From: Candidatus Babeliaceae bacterium
GTDB taxonomy: Bacteria > Babelota > Babeliae > Babelales > Babelaceae
Length of the DNA stretch: 64,000 nt
Assembly: GCA_041660765.1 (NCBI GenBank)
Contig: JBAZVR010000003.1
Span: forward strand, 20,242 to 84,241
Reading direction: 5' to 3'
The notes below the pieces were generated by a model. That model was not told the origin of the DNA. It ran no database searches and saw only the letters and a list, made by a program, of their open reading frames with translations. Shown in pieces: positions 1 through 9,874 of this stretch (within the stretch, counting starts at the first letter, position 1; every line of letters starts with the position of its first letter). The position numbers and the translations under genes were made by a program.

Positions 1-32
1 AAAAATACATTAAAATATATTATAGTGTTAAA

Positions 33-65
33 ACAGGGGTGGCTATCGGGCCGCTCCTGTTTTTT
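33..65 (+). terminator. Rho-independent terminator-like hairpin, presumably ending a gene upstream of the window
   Basis: ACAGGGGTGGC (33-43) pairs with GCCGCTCCTGT (50-60, two G-U pairs), 6-nt loop, then TTTTT (61-65). Confidence 0.55.
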
Positions 66-105
66 AAGAAAAATTGTACAATGCGTAACCGAAATAATAG
101 AAAAT

Positions 106-885
106 ATGGAAAACCAGACAATGCATTTTCAAGATACCTATATTGCTGCTGATAAAAATAAAATTGATCCTTTGTCTGACGGCATTAGTTCTATAGAGCT
201 TGTGCGGGTTTCTGGATCAGATATTGATATTGTAAATGCGGCACGTGTTTCTTATGGCAAGGTAAGTACAGAAATTACTCCGCGTGATGCTGCGCTTATT
301 AAATTTTTAATCGAGCATGATCATACGAGTCCCTTTGAGCATAATCAGCTTTCTTTTAGGATAAAAGCTCCGCTATACGTTGTTCGTCAATGGATGCGCC
401 ATCGAATGAATTCGTACAATGAAATCAGCTATAGATACGTTAAGGCCCCGCTCGAGTTTTATGTCCCGCCATTTTGGAGAATTCAAGATACTAAAAATAA
501 GCAGAGTTCAAGCGGTCAGTTATCTGATCCCAAGCTTTATGAGGCATTTAATGCTACGCTAGAGCATATGAAAAACACATATGAACAGCTTTTGGATGCA
601 GGTGTTGGGCGTGAGCAAGCGCGAGGTATTTTGCCATTGTGTACGTATACAGAGTTTATTTTTACCTGTAATTTGCATTCGCTTATGCATTTTATACGTC
701 TGCGAACCCATGAAGGTGCCCAATTTGAAATAAGAGTCTATGCCCATGCATTGCTTAAGATAGCGGAAGAACATTTTCCATTTTCTATGGCTGCATTTAG
801 AGAAAAATGCAAAATTGTTGATATGCAGCCGGTAGAAGAACGTCATGCAGCAGCATTTACTGACTTACTTGTTTCTAAAAATTAA
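106..885 (+). CDS. thyX: FAD-dependent thymidylate synthase ThyX
   Basis: ORF 25..885 carries the ThyX signature RHRxxSxxxxSxR (MRHRMNSYNEISYRY). Start moved to ATG 106 because GTG 25 would run through the terminator hairpin at 33-65. Confidence 0.9.
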   Translation: MENQTMHFQDTYIAADKNKIDPLSDGISSIELVRVSGSDIDIVNAARVSYGKVSTEITPRDAALIKFLIEHDHTSPFEHNQLSFRIKAPLYVVRQWMRHRMNSYNEISYRYVKAPLEFYVPPFWRIQDTKNKQSSSGQLSDPKLYEAFNATLEHMKNTYEQLLDAGVGREQARGILPLCTYTEFIFTCNLHSLMHFIRLRTHEGAQFEIRVYAHALLKIAEEHFPFSMAAFREKCKIVDMQPVEERHAAAFTDLLVSKN

Positions 886-933
886 AATTGATAAATGCGC
901 CTTGATAATACAATAAAATTAATTGGTTTTCCG

Positions 934-963
934 TTGACTTTTTTAACGAATATGGCATATTAA
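934..963 (+). promoter_or_regulatory. putative sigma70-type promoter upstream of rpmA
   Basis: TTGACT (934-939), 18-nt spacer, TATTAA (958-963), about 70 nt upstream of the rpmA ATG. Confidence 0.3.
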
Positions 964-1033
964 TAGCTGTATTATTACAGAAATCTTATCTTTTTTTCTA
1001 CTTTTAGATTAATAAATAAACAAGGATACAAGC

Positions 1034-1282
1034 ATGGCAACGAGTAAATCCGGTGGTTCGACTACAAATGGACGCGATAGTATAAGCAAACGTCTTGGCG
1101 TCAAATTGTTTGACGGTCAACGAGTAAGTGGTGGCGAAATTATCGTTCGTCAGCGCGGAACCCGTATTCACCCAGGTAAAAACGTTGATATCGGCGGCGA
1201 CGACACTATTTTTGCGGTTGCAGCTGGTCAAATCAAATTTCATTTTGGGTATAAAGGTCGTAAGCACGTTTCTGTATTGTAA
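1034..1282 (+). CDS. rpmA: 50S ribosomal protein L27
   Basis: 82-aa ORF with the typical L27 N-terminus ([18 protein letters not shown]...G..IVRQRGT..HPG.NV). Confidence 0.95.
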   Translation: MATSKSGGSTTNGRDSISKRLGVKLFDGQRVSGGEIIVRQRGTRIHPGKNVDIGGDDTIFAVAAGQIKFHFGYKGRKHVSVL

Positions 1283-1303
1283 GAAGATTTGGAGAGAAGC
1301 ACC

Positions 1304-2185
1304 ATGGTTGATTTTTTAAAATATCGTACGATAAGTACCGTTTTTTCAATTGCTATTTTTATAGTTTTCGCGGGGGCGTTTTTTTATAAGCAGTCGACTC
1401 GAGGGGAAGCGTTTGTTTATAGTGTTGATTTTACTGGGGGGACGCAAGTTCTTTTGGAATTTTCTCAGCCAATAACGAGCGCACAGGTAATTTCTGTCCT
1501 AGAAAGCAATGGTTGGCATGGGGCTTCAACTCGCGAATTTTCAAATAAAGAAATATTGGTTCGTGTAAGGGCGTTTGAAAACGATGCCAAGGGTCTTTCT
1601 GAACGCATGCAACAAGTTTTGGAGCAGGCTGTTCCTGGACTTAAAGTTGAAATTAAGCAAACAGATAGTGTTGGGGCTGGTGTTGGCGCTTCTATGCGCT
1701 GGAAGTCTATCCAAGCTATTGTGGTCGCGCTTTTTTTGATGTTACTGTACATCTGGTGGCGTTTTTGGGCATTTTCTTATGCCATTGGTAACGTGATTTC
1801 GTTATTTCATGATGCCATTGTTATTTTAACATTTTTCTTGTTGTTTGATTATGAAATCTCATTAAACGTTATTGGTGCGATTTTAGCCGTTCTTGGTTAT
1901 TCTATCAATGATACGATTGTTATTTTTTCTCGCATTAGAGAAAATGTACAAAAAATGAGAGGTGTTCCTATTGAGCAGGTTGTGAACATAAGTACTAATG
2001 AAACATTGCGTCGTACTCTTTTAACGAGCTTTGCGACTACATTGGTGGTTGTGGCGCTTCTTATTTTTGGCGGCGAAGTATTAAAAACGCTCGCGTTAGC
2101 TTTATTTGTAGGCATTGTTTTTGGTACATATTCTTCTATTTTTATTGCAAGTCCTGTAATGCTTCTTTTTTACAAAGAACAATAA
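1304..2185 (+). CDS. secF: protein translocase subunit SecF
   Basis: ORF 1289..2185 has SecF-type blocks (DFTGGTQV, GYSINDTIVIFSRIRE, TYSSIFIASP) and multiple TM segments. ATG 1304 is preceded by GGAGAG at 1291-1296. Confidence 0.9.
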   Translation: MVDFLKYRTISTVFSIAIFIVFAGAFFYKQSTRGEAFVYSVDFTGGTQVLLEFSQPITSAQVISVLESNGWHGASTREFSNKEILVRVRAFENDAKGLSERMQQVLEQAVPGLKVEIKQTDSVGAGVGASMRWKSIQAIVVALFLMLLYIWWRFWAFSYAIGNVISLFHDAIVILTFFLLFDYEISLNVIGAILAVLGYSINDTIVIFSRIRENVQKMRGVPIEQVVNISTNETLRRTLLTSFATTLVVVALLIFGGEVLKTLALALFVGIVFGTYSSIFIASPVMLLFYKEQ

Positions 2186-2365
2186 TTCTTGATTAATGCA
2201 TGTAAATAATAATAACTATGTATGATGGCATGTCGCAAATAGACGATATTTATTGAAAATCAATCTAAGATATTTTTAGAGTATATTTGAATATGTTGAG
2301 GTCTTTTGCTAGGGCTTCATATATAAGTTTTTATTTTTTCTTTTTTGTCACAAGGAGATTCATGC

Positions 2366-3658
2366 ATGAGAGATCAAGCATTACGTGAAATGGGTTTAAT
2401 TGACCTGAATATATTGGCTCGTCGATTAGGCGTAACGGGCGCAAGTCTTATGTCTAAAGAAAATCTTATTAAGAGAATTATTGATTTAGAAGAGCATCCC
2501 GATAAAGAACTTGATGTTGAGGGTGTTTTAGAAAAGCTTCCTGATGGATTTGGTTTCTTGCGATCGGCTCAATTTGATTATGTTTCTAGTATAGATGATA
2601 TCTATGTTTCTCCTTCGCAGATTAGGCGATTTAATTTGAGAACGGGCGACATGGTTTCTGGTGTTATCAGAAAACCGAAGGATGGGGAAAAATATTTTGC
2701 TTTATTGAAGGTTAATAAAGTCAATGGGCTCGATCCGGCTGTTTTAGCAGACCGTTCATTTTTTGATCGACTTTCGCCATTGCATCCCGATGTAAAATTT
2801 AATTTAGAATCTGATCCAGCATTTGTTTCTACGCGTATTATGGATCTTTTTTCTCCCATTGGTATGGGGCAACGTGGTTTAATTGTTGCGCCACCAAAAA
2901 CAGGTAAAACGGTATTGTTAAAAGAAATAGCTCAAACTATTGTTAACAATCATCCTGATATTAATTTGATTTTATTGCTCATTGATGAACGACCTGAAGA
3001 AGTTGCTGATATGAGGCGCGGAGTGCGTGGTAAGAACGCAGAGGTTATTAGTTCAACTTTTGATGAACCGGCAGAGCGTCACGTGGCGGTTGCAGAAATT
3101 GTGCTTGAAAAAGCAAAGCGTTTAGTCGAAGTGGGTCAGCATGTTGTGATTGTATTAGATTCTATTACTCGGCTTGCTCGCGCCTATAACACGGTAGCGC
3201 CGGCTTCTGGAAAAATTCTTACTGGTGGTATTGATGCTAATGCTCTGCAAAGACCAAAGCGTTTTTTTGGCGCAGCTCGCAATACTGAAGAAGGTGGATC
3301 TTTAACTATCATTGCATCAGCTTTGGTTGAGACCGGATCTCGCATGGATGAAGTTATTTTTGAAGAATTTAAAGGTACGGGTAATATGGAAATTCATATG
3401 AGCCGTAAGTTATCTAATTTGAGAATATTCCCTGCGTTTGATTTATTACTTTCTGGCACCAGGCGCGAAGAATTATTGTTGCCGGAATCTGAATTGAATA
3501 GGGTTCGTATCTTGCGTAAATTTTTATCAACCATGAATACTATCGAAGGAATGGAAGTTCTCATTGATAAAATGAAAAAATGCAAAACCAATGAAGAGTT
3601 TTTAGAGTCCATGAATAAAAAGAATGGTTCTTGTAGCACTGCTGGTAGCAATGCATAA
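2366..3658 (+). CDS. rho: transcription termination factor Rho
   Basis: Rho_N-like N-terminus, cold-shock-like RNA-binding part, Walker A (PPKTGKT), and strong similarity to Rho throughout. ATG 2366 is preceded by AGGAG (2352-2356). Confidence 0.95.
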   Translation: MRDQALREMGLIDLNILARRLGVTGASLMSKENLIKRIIDLEEHPDKELDVEGVLEKLPDGFGFLRSAQFDYVSSIDDIYVSPSQIRRFNLRTGDMVSGVIRKPKDGEKYFALLKVNKVNGLDPAVLADRSFFDRLSPLHPDVKFNLESDPAFVSTRIMDLFSPIGMGQRGLIVAPPKTGKTVLLKEIAQTIVNNHPDINLILLLIDERPEEVADMRRGVRGKNAEVISSTFDEPAERHVAVAEIVLEKAKRLVEVGQHVVIVLDSITRLARAYNTVAPASGKILTGGIDANALQRPKRFFGAARNTEEGGSLTIIASALVETGSRMDEVIFEEFKGTGNMEIHMSRKLSNLRIFPAFDLLLSGTRREELLLPESELNRVRILRKFLSTMNTIEGMEVLIDKMKKCKTNEEFLESMNKKNGSCSTAGSNA

Positions 3659-3678
3659 TTTTTTTTGCCTGTGATACT

Positions 3679-3710
3679 ATATAGCGGGCTTTCATGTCCG
3701 CTATAATTTT
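3679..3710 (+). terminator. terminator-like hairpin after rho
   Basis: TATAGCGGGC ... GTCCGCTATA imperfect inverted repeat followed by a T-rich run (ATTTTT). Confidence 0.45.
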
Positions 3711-3737
3711 TATGTTATATGAAAAAAAGGAATTCGT

Positions 3738-4448
3738 ATGAAATTGTTACAGCAAGTTGTTTTTTGTTTGCTTCACATCATGGTTTTTACCCATGCCATG
3801 GAAAACGTTTATATGATAAGGGGTGATGAAAGTATCAAAGTATTATCGCAAGATGACGCGGCATATGAAATAACTAGATCTAATCATAGTAATACTGGTG
3901 ATGATTTAATTTTTTGTTCGTTGCCATCGTTTATTTTGAGTGATGGTGCCGTTATTCATAGAAAATTAAGAATCAGTCTATCTCCTGATACGTATGGGCG
4001 TACTGCTTCGCTCGATATAAATGGTTATGGCGCATTAGCAGGTCAAACTTTTTACAAAAATATTAATTTGGATTATCAAGCAAATTTTTTATTTGCATGG
4101 TTATTGCGAAAGTACAACAAAGAAATTTTTCCAGAAAAGCCTTCATGTGTACCCGATGATAGTGTGCTGTTTGTTGATTCTGATGCAGAAAATCACTTTA
4201 CTGGCTATTTAAAAGAATCCCTGTGGCGGCAAAATGGGGTAATATACCAAATAATAAGAGCGTATAAACACGGAAATGATCGTTATAAAGCAATTTTAGA
4301 AATGCAATATATGCAACGCAGATATGGAAAACTTGTTTTAACGGCAACACAGAGTGTTCCTATGGATAATCCACAGGCTATACATGATTCTTTGAAAAAT
4401 AAATACAATCAAACTAAGAGTTGCATACGCTCATTAATAAATGTCTAA
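3738..4448 (+). CDS. hypothetical secreted protein
   Basis: 236-aa ORF with an N-terminal hydrophobic signal-like segment (MKLLQQVVFCLLHIMVFTHA). No family recognised. Its 3' end overlaps the 3' end of tsaD by 15 nt. Confidence 0.55.
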   Translation: MKLLQQVVFCLLHIMVFTHAMENVYMIRGDESIKVLSQDDAAYEITRSNHSNTGDDLIFCSLPSFILSDGAVIHRKLRISLSPDTYGRTASLDINGYGALAGQTFYKNINLDYQANFLFAWLLRKYNKEIFPEKPSCVPDDSVLFVDSDAENHFTGYLKESLWRQNGVIYQIIRAYKHGNDRYKAILEMQYMQRRYGKLVLTATQSVPMDNPQAIHDSLKNKYNQTKSCIRSLINV

Positions 4449-5453
4449 AGCGTAATCAGAAAATTTATTTTGTTGAGCTTTGTAGTGACCAACAAACGCT
4501 ATCATAGCGGCATTATCGGTACAAAATTGGGCTGACGGTGAAAAGAATTGTTTGTGATAAGAATGGGCCAGTGTTTCGATACGGGCTTTAATGTATTTAT
4601 TACAGGCAACGCCGCCAACAAACGTGATTGCTTGCACCTCTGGATATTGTTGTAACGCTAATTTTAATCGTTGCTCGAAAATGTCCGTTATACATACTAA
4701 CAATGAACTTGCAACTTGTTGTTTGAGCGTATAATCATCTGGTTTTAAAAAACTTTTTTCAGAAAGATCATAAGCTCCCTGCGAGACTAAATTGTACAGT
4801 ACTGCTGTTTTTAATCCTGAAAAGCTAAAATTGAGATTTTTATCTTTAAGCCGTGAATATTTAAAAAAATCTATAAAATCAACTTCTGCTGCCAATTTTT
4901 CTATGTAAGGGCCTCCAGGATAAGGCAATTGAATTAATTTTGCTATTTTATCAAATGCTTCACCCGCTGCATCGTCTTTAGTGATGCCAATAATATCATA
5001 ATCGCCAAAATCTTTTACCAAATATAATGAAGTATGGCCGCCAGAAGCAGTTAAACAAAGATGTGGAAATGGTACGTTGTGTTCTAAGAACGAAGAAAAA
5101 CCATGCCCTTCTAAATGATTTACACCGATAATTTTTTTATTTTGTCCGTAAGCAAGCCCTTTGGCAAAGCATACGCCTGTTAATAAAGAACCGGGCAGAC
5201 CCGGCTTATTTGTTACAGCTATTACATCAACTTGACGTAATGAGATATTGGCTTGTTCTAAAGCTGAAGCAACAATATGAGAGATTTTTTCTATATGAGC
5301 TCGTGATGCAATTTCTGGGACCACGCCACCAAATTGTTTATGTAGGTCTGTTTGAGAGTAAATGACATTGGAAAGAAGTCTATTATCCGTTGTATAAACT
5401 GCTGCAGCAGTCTCATCGCATGATGACTCAATTCCCAGCAATACGTATTTCAT
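4434..5453 (-). CDS. tsaD: tRNA N6-adenosine threonylcarbamoyltransferase TsaD (Kae1/Qri7 family)
   Basis: 339-aa ORF. N-terminus LGIESSCDETAAAVY and the HLEGH metal-binding motif are typical of TsaD. Confidence 0.95.
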   Translation of the reverse strand: MKYVLLGIESSCDETAAAVYTTDNRLLSNVIYSQTDLHKQFGGVVPEIASRAHIEKISHIVASALEQANISLRQVDVIAVTNKPGLPGSLLTGVCFAKGLAYGQNKKIIGVNHLEGHGFSSFLEHNVPFPHLCLTASGGHTSLYLVKDFGDYDIIGITKDDAAGEAFDKIAKLIQLPYPGGPYIEKLAAEVDFIDFFKYSRLKDKNLNFSFSGLKTAVLYNLVSQGAYDLSEKSFLKPDDYTLKQQVASSLLVCITDIFEQRLKLALQQYPEVQAITFVGGVACNKYIKARIETLAHSYHKQFFSPSAQFCTDNAAMIAFVGHYKAQQNKFSDYALDIY

Positions 5454-6162
5454 TAGGGTGCCGTTGAAGTGTTATAGAGGCCTCAGAAGATTGATATATT
5501 TCTTGTCGTTCTTTATTTAAGATCGCTTTGAGATCGATAAATGCCAGATTGGAATAATGTATAGCATTGTTCCAATCTTTAAGCGGAACATCTTGTTTAA
5601 TGACAATGTCCGGTAGTCGCACCGTCGTTTTTTTGTGCTCGTTTTTTTCTTTATGTTCTTCTAAGTGATCAACAAATCTAGGGTTAATAAGTACTATAAT
5701 AGCATTTTCTGGGATTCTTACCGGGACTTCGGTTAATAATCGTTCTTCAATGCGCCATAATGGAAAAGATTCTTTTTTTCGTGGACTTGCTATATGTGTT
5801 TGCAAGGTGAGGTCATACCATGCACATGGATCATTTTCATCACGGTATAAATATTGAACGTTGTTTCCCTCAGATTTATATTTTATATTTTGTGAAATAA
5901 TAACAGAACATGTTACAATTTCTTGTCTTTCGGGAATAACGCACCAGTGAGCGTCTAGACTGAGAGGGTTTCCTTTATAACTTATCCACGGGCCAGAGGC
6001 ACCCAGGAGATGTTGCGGTAGTTGCAGTTTAAGAATATATGAGTAAGTTGTTTTCTGTGTATTATTATATGCGCGTGCATGATAATATGCTCCACATAAA
6101 GAATACAAAAAAACATATACAACTATTTTCAGTACGCTATTTTTCATGAAAGGCTTTTTCAT
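5428..6162 (-). CDS. hypothetical secreted protein
   Basis: 244-aa ORF with a signal-like N-terminus. Overlaps the tsaD start by 26 nt (operon-like). No family recognised. Confidence 0.5.
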   Translation of the reverse strand: MKKPFMKNSVLKIVVYVFLYSLCGAYYHARAYNNTQKTTYSYILKLQLPQHLLGASGPWISYKGNPLSLDAHWCVIPERQEIVTCSVIISQNIKYKSEGNNVQYLYRDENDPCAWYDLTLQTHIASPRKKESFPLWRIEERLLTEVPVRIPENAIIVLINPRFVDHLEEHKEKNEHKKTTVRLPDIVIKQDVPLKDWNNAIHYSNLAFIDLKAILNKERQEIYQSSEASITLQRHPNEIRIAGN

Positions 6163-6240
6163 TGGTAAATTATCGAAAGTTTAGTATAATACATACATTA
6201 TTGTATAAGATTACATAAAAAATAGCTTCTTTTCAAAATT

Positions 6241-6717
6241 ATGAAAAAATTTTTAAAAAAAATATTTAGCGCAGAGTCATCGCCGCATAAATTAGCCCTT
6301 GCGGTAACTTTTGGTGCGTCAACAGCCGCGTCTCCTTTTTGGGGCTTGCAAACGTGGCTTCTTTTTCCTATAAGTTGGATCTTTAAATTGAATCCCACTA
6401 TATCTATAACTATATTATACCTCATCAATAATCCCTGGACTATGATACCCATAGCCGCGTTTGATTATTATGTGGGCGATTGGTTTGCTCGTTGTATTTT
6501 ACATACAGACTTGATGCCTTACAATCCTTCATTTATGTATTGGATAAATAATAAAATAGGTGTTTATTTGATCAAATATCTTGGTATTTGTGAATTGGCC
6601 TTTTGGAACTTTGTCATCGGCGGGCTTATTTTATCAACTATTGTGGCATTAGTTACGTATCCGTGCGCTCTCATGTTATTCACACGTATTGCATCTAAAA
6701 GAGCGACTAAATCATGA
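6241..6717 (+). CDS. DUF2062-like small membrane protein
   Basis: 158-aa ORF. SPHKLALAVTFGASTAASPFWGLQTWLL resembles the DUF2062 N-terminal block, and there are several TM segments. The stop TGA overlaps the smpB ATG (ATGA). Confidence 0.6.
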   Translation: MKKFLKKIFSAESSPHKLALAVTFGASTAASPFWGLQTWLLFPISWIFKLNPTISITILYLINNPWTMIPIAAFDYYVGDWFARCILHTDLMPYNPSFMYWINNKIGVYLIKYLGICELAFWNFVIGGLILSTIVALVTYPCALMLFTRIASKRATKS

Positions 6718-7163
6718 AAATTATTGCGAACAACAAAAAAGCTTTTTTTGAATATGAAATATTAGATCATCTTGAAGCTGGCATGGTACTGACCGGTAAT
6801 GAAGTTAAAGCATTGCGAGCTGGGCATGCTAATTTGACCGGTGCATTTGCTGTAATTCATGATGGAGAATTGACGCTGATAAACTGTCATATTTCTCCCT
6901 ATTCTCATGCATATAACAAAGATGAAGATCTTACACGCAGAACAAGAAAATTATTAGTTCATAAAAAGCAACTTAATAAACTTGTGGGTGATATTGCTCG
7001 CAAGGGGATAACGCTTGTGCCGCTCAAGCTGTATTTTAATGAACGTGGAAGAGTTAAGGTTGATCTTGGCATTGCTAAGCATAAAAAAGCACATGAACGT
7101 AAAGAAGTTATTAAAGAACGTGACATAGCACGACAAACTCGTCGTGAACTTAAAGGAATTTAG
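6714..7163 (+). CDS. smpB: SsrA-binding protein SmpB
   Basis: 149-aa ORF with the typical SmpB N-terminus (NKKAFFEYEI...EAG.VLTG.EVK.LR) and a basic C-terminal tail. Confidence 0.95.
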   Translation: MKIIANNKKAFFEYEILDHLEAGMVLTGNEVKALRAGHANLTGAFAVIHDGELTLINCHISPYSHAYNKDEDLTRRTRKLLVHKKQLNKLVGDIARKGITLVPLKLYFNERGRVKVDLGIAKHKKAHERKEVIKERDIARQTRRELKGI

Positions 7164-7168
7164 GTATC

Positions 7169-7603
7169 ATGACGCGCTATAAATTAACACCTGCCGTAAG
7201 CGTTGCTTTAATTAAAGATAACAAAATTTTATTGATTAGAAGAAATGACCAGGCGTCATTTGCTCCTGGATTATATCATTGTCCTGGTGGGCATGTCGAT
7301 GCAGATGAGACAATACGGCAAGCTGCCGCTCGAGAAGTATTTGAAGAAGTTGGTGCTATTATTGATGTTGATGATCTTGAATTTGTGCATTTGTTGCATC
7401 GCAAAGGTCAAACAGAAGAATATCTGATTTCTTTTTTTATTGTACGTATCTGGGAACAAGAGCCGTTCAATAAAGAACCGCATAAGCATGACATGCTTGA
7501 CTGGTGTTCTATTGATAACTTGCCCGATACGATGATTCCGGCGCATAGAGCCGCTCTTATAGATAGTTTTAATGGAATAGTATATTCAGAATATGGATGG
7601 TAA
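7169..7603 (+). CDS. Nudix hydrolase
   Basis: Nudix box GGHVDADETIRQAAAREVFEEVG (Gx5Ex7REUxEExGU). Confidence 0.85.
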   Translation: MTRYKLTPAVSVALIKDNKILLIRRNDQASFAPGLYHCPGGHVDADETIRQAAAREVFEEVGAIIDVDDLEFVHLLHRKGQTEEYLISFFIVRIWEQEPFNKEPHKHDMLDWCSIDNLPDTMIPAHRAALIDSFNGIVYSEYGW

Positions 7604-7606
7604 AAT

Positions 7607-7912
7607 ATGAAAATATTCAAAATTTTTTTTATTGTTAGTGTATTGTATTCTACTTTCGCATATGCGATGGACGCAGAGCGATATGAAGGTCTTGTTGTAT
7701 TATCTGCAGTAGCAGGAAATGCTTATCGCATTCCAATTCTCACAACGCCACAAGAAGAGTATGCACCCATAGCTTTGCTTTCGTTTAAAAAAGAAGCATC
7801 CCCAGAAGAGGTACTATCTCATTATAAAGCGACGATAGAGCAGCTTAATAATTTTTGGAAAAATAAAGCACAGCGTATAGCTAATGGTACGTGGGATACC
7901 CCAAAGAAATAA
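7607..7912 (+). CDS. small hypothetical secreted protein
   Basis: 101-aa ORF starting 4 nt after the Nudix stop, with a signal-like N-terminus (IFFIVSVLYSTFAYA). Confidence 0.45.
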   Translation: MKIFKIFFIVSVLYSTFAYAMDAERYEGLVVLSAVAGNAYRIPILTTPQEEYAPIALLSFKKEASPEEVLSHYKATIEQLNNFWKNKAQRIANGTWDTPKK

Positions 7913-8002
7913 TAACATATAATTTATTTCTAGCGTTTTGACGTGTATTTATTCTATTATAATTAATAACAGCGCTTATGTATGCTTCAATAAGATAGGA
8001 TT

Positions 8003-9844
8003 ATGATGAAAAAAATAATGCTTGTTATTTCTCTATGTACAGTTATGACGCTAAAACCAGCGAGCTATTGGGACACTATTACAACAATGTTTCGTGCAGC
8101 GGGACATAAAATTACGGCAATTGCTAGCGCGTTTAAGTCTAAAGCAATTAGTGCTCAGCAAAGTATTATTGCAGCTTACCAGAGGCTTCGTCAGACTAAA
8201 CAAGTCCCGCCTGTTGCAAGGCCAGAACAATCTCAAACGTCAAAATCTAAAGTGTCAGAAGAATTTAATCTTGATGATTGGTATGGCGATGGTAAAACAG
8301 GTAAAATGAGGCTTAAATTACTTCAAGATCATCCCGATTATAAAGATGCCAAGACTAAAGATGGTACGCCATTTATAATACGTGAAGTAATGGCTGCAGA
8401 TAAAGGCAGCAGAGCAGTCGTTAATCAATTAATGAAATCTGATGCTGATGTTAACGCAATTGATGGTAAAGGCATGACGGCTCTCATGCATGCAATTAAA
8501 ACTTCTGGTGCAAGAAGATTTATAGAGGTTTTATTGGAAGGAGTGGCAACGGACATAAATATTCAAGATGCTGATGGAGATACAGCTCTTATGATGGCTG
8601 TGTCAAAAAATGATCCACAGGTAGTTCAACAACTTATCGAATATAAGAACATAGTGGCGGATCTTGCCATTAAAAATCGTGCAGGCAAAACAGCATTGGA
8701 TATTGCAGCTGCATTTTTAAAAACATCAAAAGAGCTATCCGTTTTGACCAAACAGGAAGCCATTGTTCAGCTATTGCTTAATGCCTTGCTTAAGCATGAT
8801 CCAGCTATTATTAATGCACCGGATGATAGTGGGGATACCCTTCTCATGCGAGCTGTAGAGGCAGGCAATATGAGAATGGTACAAATATTAGTAAATAATA
8901 AATATAATGCGAGAAAAGACTTGGTTAATAAAAGCAACAAAACTGCATTAGAGATAGCTGATGCAAAAATGATTGCAGCTCCATCAATCCATTTTGATCA
9001 CTTTATTTATAAACAAATTCGCGACATGCTATCTGAGGGATCAAAATCTGAGGCGGTATCAAATCCAGAAGAATTTAATCTTGATGATTGGTATGGCCAT
9101 GGTAAAACAGGTAAAATGAGGCTTGAATTACTTCAAGATCATCCCGATTATAAAGATGCCAAGACTAAAGATGGTACGCCATTTATAATACGTGAAGTAA
9201 TGGCTGGGGAGCAAGGCAGCAGAGCAGTCGTTAAACAATTAATAGAATTTGGTGCTGATGTTAACGCACTTGATAGTAAAGGCATGACGGCTCTTATGCA
9301 TGCAATTATTGTTGAAGGGGCGAATAAGTTTATAAAAACATTATTATCAAGTAAAACGATAAACATAAATATTCAAGATACTGATGGGGATACAGCTCTT
9401 ATGATGGCTGCGTCTCGACGCGATTCAGCAGCGATTAGGAGCCTTCTTAATAACAATAAGATAGATTTTACTCTTAAAAATAAGGCAAATCATACAGTAC
9501 TTGACATTGCAGAGGCGGCACTTAAAGACGAAACTGATCCATTCGCTATGGGACGATCAGTAGTCATTTTTTCTGATCTACTTAAGGCTATACATAACAA
9601 CGATAAGAGTATTATTAATAAGAAAGATGATAATACAGGCCAAACCCTTCTCATGCGCATGGTAACAATAGGCAATGAAGGGTTAGTAAAACTATTACTA
9701 GAAGGTTATAGTGCCGACAAAAGCTTGACTAACAAGAACCATAAAACTGCATTAGAGATAGCTGAAGCGGCAAAAAAGATAATTCCAGAAACGGATATTG
9801 AAAAACACAAGGCCTATGAAAATATTATTAATTTACTCAAATAA
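8003..9844 (+). CDS. ankyrin-repeat protein with an internal two-fold duplication and a conserved 55-aa leader
   Basis: Multiple ANK-like units (G.TALMHAI......LL....D.N.QD.DGDTALMMA). Two halves each start EEFNLDDWYG.GKTGKMRL.LLQDHPDYKDAKTKDGTPFIIREVMA. Confidence 0.85.
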   Translation: MMKKIMLVISLCTVMTLKPASYWDTITTMFRAAGHKITAIASAFKSKAISAQQSIIAAYQRLRQTKQVPPVARPEQSQTSKSKVSEEFNLDDWYGDGKTGKMRLKLLQDHPDYKDAKTKDGTPFIIREVMAADKGSRAVVNQLMKSDADVNAIDGKGMTALMHAIKTSGARRFIEVLLEGVATDINIQDADGDTALMMAVSKNDPQVVQQLIEYKNIVADLAIKNRAGKTALDIAAAFLKTSKELSVLTKQEAIVQLLLNALLKHDPAIINAPDDSGDTLLMRAVEAGNMRMVQILVNNKYNARKDLVNKSNKTALEIADAKMIAAPSIHFDHFIYKQIRDMLSEGSKSEAVSNPEEFNLDDWYGHGKTGKMRLELLQDHPDYKDAKTKDGTPFIIREVMAGEQGSRAVVKQLIEFGADVNALDSKGMTALMHAIIVEGANKFIKTLLSSKTININIQDTDGDTALMMAASRRDSAAIRSLLNNNKIDFTLKNKANHTVLDIAEAALKDETDPFAMGRSVVIFSDLLKAIHNNDKSIINKKDDNTGQTLLMRMVTIGNEGLVKLLLEGYSADKSLTNKNHKTALEIAEAAKKIIPETDIEKHKAYENIINLLK

Positions 9845-9874
9845 TAATTATTAAATAATTAGAGAAATAGGATT

